Position numbers and translations under genes: made by a program
Origin: Scyliorhinus canicula
Taxonomy: Eukaryota
Reading direction: 5' to 3'
Length of the DNA: 64,000 nt
NCBI RefSeq assembly: GCF_902713615.1
Contig: NC_052164.1
Coordinates: 99,347,575 to 99,411,574 of the forward strand
Part shown: piece after piece, positions 21,858 to 33,187 of the stretch
Position numbering within the stretch: the stretch's first letter is position 1
Layout of the letters: each line of letters starts with the position of its first letter
Notes under the pieces: generated by a model
Database searches by the model: none
Seen by the model: the letters and a program-made list of their open reading frames with translations, nothing else
Told to the model about the DNA's origin: nothing

Positions 21858-24800
21858 ACGAACAGCAAGAACAATGAGAAAAGGTTGAGGCTGAAGATGA
21901 TCTGTCTCTGGCGAGAACTGTTGGGCTTCGTGCTTTGCGGGATATTAACGATTTGTCTCTGTGCTCAAGCCATTGCCTCTTCATATTCCACATGAGTGCT
22001 GAGAAGATTCTGCTGTGCTAGCTTCGTCATGCATGTCATCATACCTCCCAACCGTGCATAGGTGTACCGCTAAAACATGGCAGCACACAACATGCGCACA
22101 AGCTTCACACCATCGCTGTATCATAATAGTGTGGTGAATTCTAACTAGGGATGTTAATTGTGCATGTTTTAATAGTGCACACCCAGGCTGACTGCTGCAT
22201 GGCTTTCTTATTTTTTGGTGAGGTGATTTTAACCTACTCAGCAGGTGGGATTCCCACCAGGTGCAAAGCTGGTTTTACATCCCACTCAATATTATCCTCC
22301 ATTAATCTCAATAGGCAGTAAAACCAGGTGGGCTGTAAAGTCAGCACTACTTTCTAAGATAGAAAAACTGACAAAAAAGGCGAATGGAAATGTTGGCCTT
22401 CATATCTAGAGAAGCAGATTACAACGAATAGAAGTTATGCTTCAGCTGTACAAAGCCCTGGTTTGATCACACCTGAGGTGGTGTGAGTGTTTCTGGGCTG
22501 GATATGTTGCTCTTGGAGAGGGTACGATGTAGATGTCACAGAATGATACTTCAGGACACTAAGGGTTGAACCACAAGGAGAGATCGCACAGAGTAGAACT
22601 GTATTTCCTGAAATTTAGAAGATTGAGGGGTGATCTTATCAAATTTCTCAAGGTATTAAGGCAAATAGGTAGGTTAGATAGAGAGAAACTACTTTCACTT
22701 CTTGGGCAGTCTATGATTGAGTCAAAATATCAAAGTCAAACCTGTCAGGGCTGAAATTAGGAAGTCATTCCGCACACACTGGATGGTGGAAGTTTGGAAC
22801 TCTCTTCTGCAAATGCCAATTAATGCTAGATCAATTGTTACTTTTCAATCTGAGACCGATAGGCTTTTGTACGCAAAATGTGTTGAGGAATTTGGGCCAA
22901 CGGCAGATGTATAGAGTTCGTAGATCAGCCATGAATAATTGAAGAGGGTCAAGGGGCTAAATTGCCTCTTCCTGTTCCTCTGTTGCTGTGCATCCAATCT
23001 TTCTGGTCCCAGGCTGTGGATCAGGTTAAAATTGACATCAGTATTAATATTGTTTACAAAAATGCCGCAGCATCCGCCATAAAAACTTGGGAGAACCCAG
23101 TGCCTCCATTGGTCTGTTCAGCAGGTTTTGAACACACCAGGGCACTGTTCTTTTTGTCCAATTACTTTGTTAATTTAAGAACTAGGGAAGTCTGAAAATT
23201 GAGGTTTAGGTGTGGTGATTGTAAAATGGCCGCCTCAATTTACCTTCTAATGTCTCCCTCCCTTAGAAGAGGGAGCAACAGCCAATTTCTTGTTCCAAAC
23301 ACATGGGTAATTTTTACAGAGAAATAGGACTGGAATGAGGGGAACTATTTTTGCACTTAAAGGACAACATTTGTTACTGTATGATTTGAGTGTGATTCTA
23401 TGTCTCAAAGCCAGAAGGCACTGCATGGCCATCAAATGGTGTAAATCTATTAACCTAATCATCAGGGCCTATATGTGGTTTTAAGTAGGATTTCCAGTCC
23501 TCCAGGACTGATGAGGGGTTCCCCTTCTGATCTGTGAGATACCGTATATAAAGACTATTTGTTACCCCAAAAATGGGAGGCAGAACCAGATTAAACTGTA
23601 TTAATTTTAAACAGAATAATTTCCTAGCCTTTCGCACGCAGCTCGCCATCCAGCTCCTGCTCATTGCCATCTGCCGCAGAGCGCCATATCCAGCCAAAGG
23701 GGCAGTGTGGTTCTGAAATCAGACAGGGGGGAACAAAGAGTGGGAAATAGGGACTCAAGGACAAAGAAATTAGGCAATGGGAGCTCAGGGGAGAGGGAGG
23801 CCGAATGGGGGCTGGGAGAGGAAGGGGCCCAGGGAGACTCGATAATTTTCCGGCTTGGGGAGACAGAGGAATGGAGACTCTGAAGCGAGGAAATGGGTCT
23901 ATGAGGACCAACATCTCCAAAAGCAGCAGCAAAAAGATGGTGAATAGGTGTAGAACTGAGAGAGGACGTTCAGTGAAGGAGCATGTGAAACCTGGATACC
24001 TTACTGTCAGTAAACAGAGAAAGATTATTTCCACGAGTGAATGAGTAGGAAATGGAAACCAAGGTTCACGCAACAAGTACCAGTTAAGTTGTGGAATATA
24101 CTACCCGAGAGTGCGATGGAGGCAGGTTCAATTGAGGCATTCTAAGGAGAATTGGATCAATATCTGAAAAGGCCGAGTGTGCAGGGTTAGGGGGAAAGCG
24201 TGGGGGGAATGGCAAGCATCTGGTGCATTGCTCTTTCAGAGATCAGCACCGAAACGACGGGCCGAGAGGCCTCCTTCTGAACTGGAACGATTTTGTGACC
24301 CCCCAACTGCCCCCACCACCCCCACCCTTGTTTGTGCCATTATTTGTCCAACAGATCCATCCTCACCTGGCTCCTCTCTTCCCATGGTAAAGCAAACAGA
24401 TTCTTTGTTGCCGAAATGGATAATTCTTGACTAAAGAGCCAGCAACTTTTATTCCCCCACCCATTTCAATACTTTTATAACCAAGGAAAGTGTTTCAAGG
24501 AAATGCACACCATTATTAACACAGTGATTTTCTTGCTCCTGGATTTAGCTGGCGAATATGTCCAGGAAATTATCCTTTAACCCCCAAAGGCACCAGGGCA
24601 ATCCAGGAGGAAGCTTCACTTGATAAACAAGGGACTCCTGGTTCCTTATTTCTCTGAAAGAATTTAATCTCCCAGTTGCTGCGCAGTAATGAACCCCCTA
24701 CTGCTATCCCTGTGCCTTCTTGTTATTGCAAATGAATTGCAACAGAGCTAGTTTCTAATTACTCTCCAAATAGTCCCCAGGAGACATCCTCCTGCACACA

Positions 24801-25001
24801 TCAAGCACACACTGACTCATTGCAAACTTTCAAGAACGTTTTGCGGAACAATTTAGAAAGGAGTTAAAGTATTTGAGAAATGATACTGTTTTTATATCTT
24901 TTTCATGGTGTATTCCCCCTTGGGGAGGTTGTCAGTACTGCCACGCTATATGAGGTGAATGTCAGGGGTACTGGATATCTGTTTGTTGTAACACATTTAA
25001 A

Positions 25002-25007
25002 AATAAA
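25002..25007 (+). terminator. Candidate polyadenylation signal of a long SCN2B 3' UTR
   Basis: AATAAA followed by GT/T-rich sequence (tgtgactg...gttctgaagttttttattatgcttt) at the end of a non-repetitive AT-rich stretch. Confidence 0.35.
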
Positions 25008-25545
25008 GTAAATGTGACTGAAATTATGTTCTGAAGTTTTTTATTATGCTTTCTCCAATTCACTCTCCACCTGCCTTGAAGCACTAACCCTACTTGGGTT
25101 TTCTGCCGTACCCACACAGTGTTGGCATTCAAAACTCAACAGTTGGTATCACTGTTCTGTTGGAAAATGGAGATCTGAATGGTCCAGCCCAACGCTGCCC
25201 TCATCAAATCTCCACGCACTCTCCACTCTCCAACAGGGATGTCAGGGGTGGTGACCATGAGTGGAAGCCCAGCTGGCTTTTAGCCTTCCTGATTTTGCAG
25301 AAACTTAGGTTCCTCCTGCTCTGTGTGACTTAGGACCACACCTAGATCCTGCTCAATGCACTGACATCAGACTTGAGCGTGAGTAGCAGCCACTCTGGCA
25401 GGTTGTTAGCCTTCACTGCTGTAAGCACTGGAATTTCAACCCCAAACATTTCCTCTTTGACCAAACTTGCACCCACCTACCCTTTTAATGATTTCATTCA
25501 TCAGATCCATGTCAAATGTTGTCTTTCAGAGGCTTGGACACATTG

Positions 25546-26192
25546 GCCGGGATTCTCCGAAATCCCGGCCAAGTGTTGATGCCAGCGTCTAAACCGGCGC
25601 GAGCAACGCCGGTGTCAATGGGCCTCGAGGTCCAGTCATTCTCCCCTTCCTCAGGGGCTAGATCAGCGGCGGAGTGCTGTGTGCTGCTCCAACGCCAAAA
25701 CCGGCCCAACACGGCTGCCGCGGGTCCGTGCATGCTTGCCACGGCCGTCTCCATGCCGGCCCCTGGCAGCATGGCGGACCCCTACAGTGGGCCCGGCGCA
25801 GAGCGACATAGCCCCCCCCCCCCCCCACCCCGCTGAATGAGTGCGCCCGCCGATTGGTAGCCCCTGATCGCGGCCTGGCCACCGTGGAGGTCCCCCCTGG
25901 AGTCAGCTCCCCCGCCCCACCCCCACCAGGACGGGCCGTGCAGCCAGAACGCCGAGGTCCCGCCGGGTGGGACCATATGTAAACCGCGACGGTGGGACTC
26001 AGCGGAACTTGGCGGGCACTAGGCGAGCGCGGAGAATGGCTTTCAACGGCCCCGACCGGCGCCGCGGTGACCGGATGGGCGCGATTGGCGTTAATTCTCC
26101 GGTCACTGGAGAATCAGCGGCCCAGTGTTGGAGCGGAGTGGCGGGATTCGAGCTCTCCCCCCGGTGATTCTCTGACCCGGCGCAGACCCGGA
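25546..26192. mobile_element. GC-rich MITE-like element
   Basis: Starts ggccgggattctcc; reverse-complement homologous to 43127-43756 and 39850-40445. Confidence 0.8.
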
Positions 26193-26924
26193 GATAGGCT
26201 TACACCAAAGTACAGTAACGAGGGGGTGTTCCATTGTCAAGGTGCTGTCTTTTGGATTAAACTTCAAATGAAACCCCTCAAGCCCTTTCAGGTGAATGTA
26301 AAAACAGCTCACTTATTTTTTATTCATTCATGAGCTGGGGCGTGACTGGGCCGGCATTTGTAGGCCGTCCCTACTTGCCATTGAACTGAATGTCTCGCTT
26401 GGCCATTTCAGAGGGCAGTTAAGAGTCGACCACATGGCTCTGGGGTCTGGAGTCACGTGTAGGCCAGGCCGGGTGAGGTCTGCAAATTTCTTTCCCTAAA
26501 GTGCATTAGAGAACCAGATGGGTTTTTACGACAATTAGCAATGGTTTCATGGTCATCATTGACTGAATGGTGGAGCGGACTCGATGGGCCAAGTGGCCTG
26601 ATACTGCTCCTATGTCTTATGGTCTAATAGACTATTAATTCCAGATGTTTTATTGAATTCAAATTTCACCATCTGCCATGGTGGGTTGTGAACCCAGATC
26701 GCCAGAGTTTTAGCCTTGGCCTTTGGACAATAGATCACCAATGACAATACCGCAACAGCATCGCCTCCCTTACAACATTCAAAGACATATAGTGGAATTC
26801 ACCCCCACTGTCCTGGCCAATATTTATCGCTCAACCAAAATCACAAACAAATTATCCGGTCATTCTTTCATTGATATTACTGAGATCTTACTGTGAACAA
26901 ATTGGCTGCCGCATTTCATATAGA

Positions 26925-27180
26925 AACATAGAAACATAGAATATTACAGTGCAGTACAGGCCCTTCGGCCCCTCGATGTTGCACCGACCTGTGAAACCAC
27001 TCTAAAGCCCATCTACACTATTCCCTTATCGTCCATATCTCTATCGAATGACCATTTGAATGCCCTTAATGCTGGCGAGTCCACTACTGTTGCAGGAAGG
27101 GCATTCCACGCCCTCACTACTCTCTGAGTAAAGAACCTACCTCTGACATCTGTCCTACATCTATCTCCCCTCAATTTATA
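26925..27180 (-). mobile_element. CR1 LINE 3' tail
   Basis: (tagaaaca)n tail plus acagtgcagtacaggcccttcggccc. Confidence 0.8.
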
Positions 27181-28174
27181 TATTAATTCTAATTCATATA
27201 TTACAGCAGTGACTCCACTTCGGAAGTACTTAATCAGCCTTAAAGTGATTTGGGTTTTCTGAGGCTCCGAAAGGCGCTTTACAAGTGCAGGGTTGTTGTT
27301 ATCAGAGGCCAGTTACCGCTTTGGATGCATACTACAGCAATGTGAGAGAAACACGACAAGTATTGGTGTTAAAAGTGGATGAGCACCCAGACTTAACCTT
27401 GGTGACATTAAACTGCCATTCTGTAATACTGTAATTGAAGAGTAATTTTAGTATGTTCTAATAATCTATCACAATAGCCGGACTTGGGATGCCTGACCTC
27501 AGTAACATTTTGTTAATGGATCTGTCAAGATGGTTTTTCGGCTTGGGTTTCATGATAACAACCCTGCTCTCCATTAGTGACCCGTTATTATTAAACTAAA
27601 GGATTTATCTCACACCCTGCATCCGACCCCATGTCAGTCTAAGCCTCTCTTGTTACACACCTTGTCCTCCAATATCAGACCATTTTGTCCCTCTGTACCA
27701 CCTTTATCTAAACTCCATCTTACCTTTGCAGAGGCTGCTGCTAGAACACTGAGTCAGTTCCTGGCGGAGGTTCGAGTTACTGTTGGACGCAGAGCAGGCA
27801 CCTATTTCGAGACTTGTATCCCCTTGCCCTCTGCGCTGGCCTGCAATAGATCCGGAGCCAAGCAGCTCTCAAAGTGCCACATACCAAATCCAAGTATCTG
27901 GACCAGTAAACATTTCTACTAACTGCAGCCTCCTCCCTCCTGGCTCACTTCAAAGTGCTGAGTTCTTATTTTGTGGCTAACAGCTGCCTGTTCCTTCAAT
28001 GGTATTAAGGTGACAGGGCTGTGTGACTCCAGTTTAATGCTTCACTTTATGCTGCAAAAGAAAATATTGGTTCGCTCTATGGGACCCTCCAATCGTCTGT
28101 CTGACCTCCCTGTCCGATTCCAACATACTCACCTGACAGGGAATGGAGGAAGCTTTCGCTATTCATTGAATCTC

Positions 28175-28797
28175 TACAATGCAGAAGGAGGCCATTCGGG
28201 CTGTTGTATCTGCACCGACCCTCTGAGAAAGCACTCTACCCAGGTCCACTGCCGCACCCTGCCCTATCCCCATAACCTAACCTGCACATCCCTGGACACT
28301 AAGGGCAATTTATCATGGCCAATCCCCCTAACCCGCACATCCCTGGACACTAAAGGCAATTTATCATGGTCAATTCACCTAACCTGCACATCCCTGGACA
28401 CTAAGGACAATTTATCATGGCCAATCCCCCTAACCCGCACATCCCTGGACACTAAAGGCAATTTATCATGGTCAATTCACCTAACCTGCACATCCCTGGA
28501 CACTAAAGGCAATTTATCATGGCCAATCCCCCTAACCCGCACATCCCTGGACACTAAAGGCAATTTATCATGGTCAATTCACCTAACCTGCACATCCCTG
28601 GACACTAAGGACAATTTATCATGGGCAATCCCCCTAACGTGTATGTCTTTGGACTGTGGAAGGAAACTGGAGCACCAGGCGGGAACCCACTCAGACACTG
28701 CGAGAACGTGCAGACTCGGCACAGACAGTCGTCCGAGGCTGGAAATGAACCCTGGAACTGTGAGGCAGCAGTGCTAACCACTGTGACACGTGCCACC
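28175..28797 (-). mobile_element. HE1-like V-SINE with an internal 7 x 51-bp expansion
   Basis: Head at about 28740-28797, tail near 28175, and tandem units at 28278-28634. Confidence 0.88.
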
Positions 28798-29090
28798 CAT
28801 ATTGAGATGGATGTTTTTGTTTACTGGATAAAGGTATCAATGAATATGGAACCAAGGCTGGGTAAGTGGAGTTGAGGTCAGCAAAGATATACTTCAACAG
28901 ATAGGATAGGAAATTAGGTCTAACTAGCTATCCTCATTGGAACCCAAGATCAGCAATGATGGTATTGAAGGGTTGAGGAGGCTCGAAGGGCTGTGTGGTC
29001 TACCCCCACTCTGATTTCTTGTCCTTGTTTATCTCATCCCAGACTAGCTGGCATCTCCTACAGGACCACATACAGCAACCCCATCTGCCG

Positions 29091-29632
29091 GCAAGGCCAC
29101 ATTTGGAGTACTGTGTGCAGTTCTGGTCACCTCATTTCAGGAAGGATGTGGAAGCTTTGGAAAAGGTGCAAAGGAGATTTACCAGGATGTTGCCTGCAAT
29201 GGAGAGTAGGTCTTACCAGGAAAGGTTGAGGGTGCTAGGCCTTTTCTCATTAGAACGGAGAAGGATGAAGGGCGACTTGATAGAGGTTTATAAGATGATC
29301 AGGGGAATAGATAGACAGTCAGAGACTTCTTCCCCGGGTGGAACAAACCATTACAAGGGGACATAAATTTAAGGTAAATGGTGGAAGATGTAGGGGGGAT
29401 GTCAGAGGTAGTTTCTTTATCCAGAGAGAATTGGGGGCATGGAATGCACTGCCTGTGGAAGTAGTTGAGTCGGAAACATTAGGGACCTTCAAGCGGCTAT
29501 TGGATAGGTACATGTATTACGGTAGAATGATGGGGTGTAGATTAATTTGTTCTTAATCTAGGACAAAAGTTCGGCACAACATCGTGGGCCAAAGGGCCTG
29601 TTCTGTGCTGTATTTTTCTATGTTCTATGTTT
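29091..29632 (+). mobile_element. CR1 LINE 3' fragment
   Basis: RPHLEYCVQFWSPHFRKDVEALEKVQRRFTRMLP; tail tctatgttctatgt. Confidence 0.9.
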
Positions 29633-29685
29633 AACCCCACCCTCTTTTCAAATTCCTCAATTCTACCTGCTCACCTGTTCTCCAT

Positions 29686-29871
29686 CCACGAGGTCGGAAT
29701 TCTCCAGCCATTTGGATTCCCGCTGGCAGCGTACTCCCGTCCGCGGGTTTCCCGGAGGGTGTGGGGTGGCTTCAGTTGTAAATCGCATTGACAAGCGGCG
29801 GGAGTACAAAATCGCGTAGTGAACGGCGCGCGGCTGAGAAACACGCAGTGGAGAGACTGGAGAGTTCTGCC
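29686..29871. mobile_element. Short MITE
   Basis: TIR ggtcggaattctccagcc / gactggagagttctgcccc; related fragments at about 220-340 and 34550-34660. Confidence 0.65.
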
Positions 29872-30654
29872 CCATGTCTCCTGCCAACACAAGATGGCCA
29901 CCGACGTCCATCTGTGCATCAGCACTTGTCAGTGCTTGCACAGATAACCAATGATGCCATTGGCTGGAGACGGTGCCAGCAAAACCCATCTGTTAAAACA
30001 AAACCTCTGCGGCAATTTTCAAACTAAACAATTTGAGTCCAAAATCTATAATTGCATTAAAATCTCTGAGAACCTGAATTTATAGATTCTGCTTTTAATA
30101 AACCTCTGTGTTATACTGTATTAGGTTCTTTACCATCTGGCTATGTATGAACTTTTCAGGTAACCTTCAGTTAAGCCAACACAGAATTATATGCTCATTC
30201 TGAGCATTCTATATTCAATGTCTGAAGGTTTTAAATTTGTGTTTTTAAATTGTTTCCCATGAAGTAACATTGATGCTTTAATATTTAGAAAGTGGCGAGA
30301 TGACGTAAAGATTTGCTACTTATCAATATGGTCACTCATCACGGAGTAAAGCAGCAAAAACAGAGCATGCACCACATTGGCAGCAAACATAACCTTTCAG
30401 CCACTTTCCGAAAGTAATCAGGCCCCCCCACTCCATTGCTGGTGGGACCACTATTCCCGTAACAGCGCCGGAATGTGGCGACTCAGGGCTTCTCACAGTA
30501 ACTGCATTGAAGCCTACTCGTGACAATAAGCGATTTTCATTTCATTTTTCATTTCACTGGCTGTACCCAGTGTAAAATCTGATTCAACATCCAGGCTGAT
30601 TAATGTTAATTGATGTCTGGGAGAACCTCCCCACTAGCTCTAGGGACTGGATAC

Positions 30655-30948
30655 AATAGTAATAATAATAATCTTTATTGTCACACGTGGGCTTACATTA
30701 ACACTGCAATGAAGTTACTGTGAAAAGCCCCGAGTCGCCACATTCTGGCGCCTGTTCGGGTACACAGAGGGAGAATTCAGAATGTTCAAATTACCTAACA
30801 GCACGTCATTCGGGACTTGTGGGAAGAAACCAGAGCAGACACGGGAGAACGTGCAGACTCCGCGGAGACAGTGAGCCAAACTGGGAATCGAACCCGGGAC
30901 CCTGGCGCTGTGAAGCAACAGTGCTAACCACTGTGCTACCGTGCCGCC
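30655..30948 (-). mobile_element. V-SINE variant (tail type as 3341-3712)
   Basis: Family match; a + strand tail of the same type lies at about 30465-30555. Confidence 0.85.
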
Positions 30949-31022
30949 CATAAATCTCACAGAGGCATAACTTTATGTCAGTTTGTTTAAAATTTCAGAG
31001 GGATGTTTTTCCTGGTTAAAGG

Positions 31023-31240
31023 TGCGGCATGGTGGCGCAGTGGTTAGCACTGCTGCCTCATGGCGCTTAGGGCCTTGGTTCGATCCCGGTTCCGGGTTAC
31101 TGCCTGTGTGGAGTTTGCACATTCTCCCTATGTTTGCTTGCGGCTCACCCCCACAACTGATAAAATGTGCAGGCTCGGTGGACTGGCCACGCAATATTGC
31201 CCTTAATTGGGAAAAAGAAATTGGGTACTCTAAATTTAAA
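31023..31240 (+). mobile_element. Short V-SINE subfamily with A-rich tail
   Basis: Head ggtggcgcagtggttagcactgctgcctca; tail ttaattgggaaaaagaaattgggtactctaaattt(a)n. Confidence 0.82.
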
Positions 31241-31407
31241 AAAAGAAAGTGGACAATCTCTATGACAAAGGCATCAAGTTCAATGGATCAAATGGTCTTC
31301 AGCTTTCTTTTCCTCGTTTGATGTCTGTGATTTCTAAATTAAATAACGGATATATTTTATTCCTCGTATCTCTAATTCTAATTGTCACATTAGAATTATA
31401 GAATGAT

Positions 31408-31635
31408 GAGGGTGGCGCGGTGGCGCAGTGGTTAGCACTGCTGCCTCACGGCGCCGAGGACCCAGGTTCGATCCTGGCCCTGGGTCACTGTCCGTGTGGA
31501 GTTTCCACATTCTCTCCGTGTCTGCTTGGGTTTCACCCCCACAAGCCAAAAGATGTGCAGGGTAGGTGGATTGGCCACGCTAAATTGCCCCTTAATTAGA
31601 ATAAAAAAGAATTGGGTACACTAAATTTTTTTTCA
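31408..31635 (+). mobile_element. Short V-SINE subfamily
   Basis: TSD gaattatagaatgat on both sides. Confidence 0.88.
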
Positions 31636-31691
31636 GGAATTATAGAATGATACAGCATGGAAAGAGGGACTAACAGGAACATCAAGCTGCC

Positions 31692-33187
31692 AGAGTGAGG
31701 AAGGTGCTGCTACCGAGGGGAAGGCAGGCAGGGGGTTTGGGCCTCCCTAACCTAATGTACGACTACTGGGCGGCGAATGTGGAGAAGGTGTGGAGCTGGG
31801 TCAGAGGGGTTGATTCCCAGTGGGTCAGAATGGAGGAGAGTTTGTGCAGGGGGTTGGGGCTGAAGGCACTAGCAACAGCCCCGCTCCCGATAGCTCCGGG
31901 GAAATACTCAGGGAGTTGGTAATAATAGCCTCATTGAAAATCTGGAGGCAGTTTCGCCAACACTTCAGGTTGGGGGTAGGGTCGAGGGAAATGCCGATTC
32001 GGGGGAACCACAGATTTGAGCCAGGGAGGTGGGACTTACGCTTTTGGAAGTGGGAAGTGAAGGGGATTAAGACTCTAAAAGATTTGTTTCTTCGGGGTCG
32101 ATTTGCAGGATTGAGGGAGCTGGAAGCGAAGTATGGGCTGGAGCAGGGAGAAGTGTTTAGGTATATGCAGGTTCGGGACTTTGCCAGGAAGGAGATAGAG
32201 AGCTTCCCGGAGGAACCGGCCTCCACGTTGTTGGAGGAGGTGCAGGCGGCAAGTGGACTGGAGAAGGGGGCAGTGTCAGCGGTATACGGAGCTATGTTGG
32301 AAAAGGATAAGGCACTACTGGAGGGGATCAAAGCAAAGTGGGAGGAAGAATTGGGAGAGGTTATAGAGGAGGGGGTCTGGTGTGAGGTGCTCCGGAGAGT
32401 GAATGCCTCCACCTCGTGTGCAAGGTTGGGGCTGATACAGCTGAAGGTGGTGTACAGGGCACACCTCACGAGGGCGAGGATGAGTCGATTCTTTGAAGGA
32501 GTAGAAGATGTGTGTGAACGTTGCGCGGCGGGGGGGGGGGGGGGGGGGGGGCGCTAATCACGTTCATATGCTTTGGTCCTGTCCAAAGCTTGGGGAGTAC
32601 TGGAAGGAGGTGTTTAGGGTAATTTCCAAGGTGGTGCATGTGAAACTGGAGCCAGATCCCCGGGAGGCCATATTCGGGGTGTCGGATCAGCCAGGGTTGG
32701 AAACGGGTGCGGAGGCAGATGTTGTAGCCTTCGCCCCATTGATCGCCCGAAGGCGGATCCTGCTGGGATGGAGAGCAGCCTCTCCACCCTGTGCCCTGGC
32801 GTGGCGGGGGGACCTGTTGGAATACTTGACCCTTGAGAAGGTTAAGTTCGAACTGAGGGGAAGCTCGGAGGGGTTCTACAAGTCATGGGCATTATTTATT
32901 ATGCACTTTCAAGAACTGGATAACATCAAACATTAGTTGGGGGGGGGAGGGTGGGTGGGTTGGGGGGGGGGGCTATGTATGTTAAAGATGGCTATGGGTA
33001 ATCCCTAATTCCTTTGTCATTTGTTTATGTTAACATGCGGGGTGATGTCTGGGCAGGGTGGGAGGATGGGATCGTTACTACTGTTATGGGGTTTGAGATA
33101 TTTGTTGTTGGTTATTGATTGTTGTTGGGTGTAAATTCGGAAGAAAAATTGTGAAAAAGGAGGAGAATAAAAATATTTTTTAAAAAA
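31692..33187 (+). mobile_element. 5'-truncated L1/Tx1-like LINE, same subfamily as 7759-8603
   Basis: GGLGLPNLMYDYWAAN through CER..NHVHMLWSCPKL. TSD GAACATCAAGCTGCC at 31677-91 and 33188-202. Confidence 0.93.
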
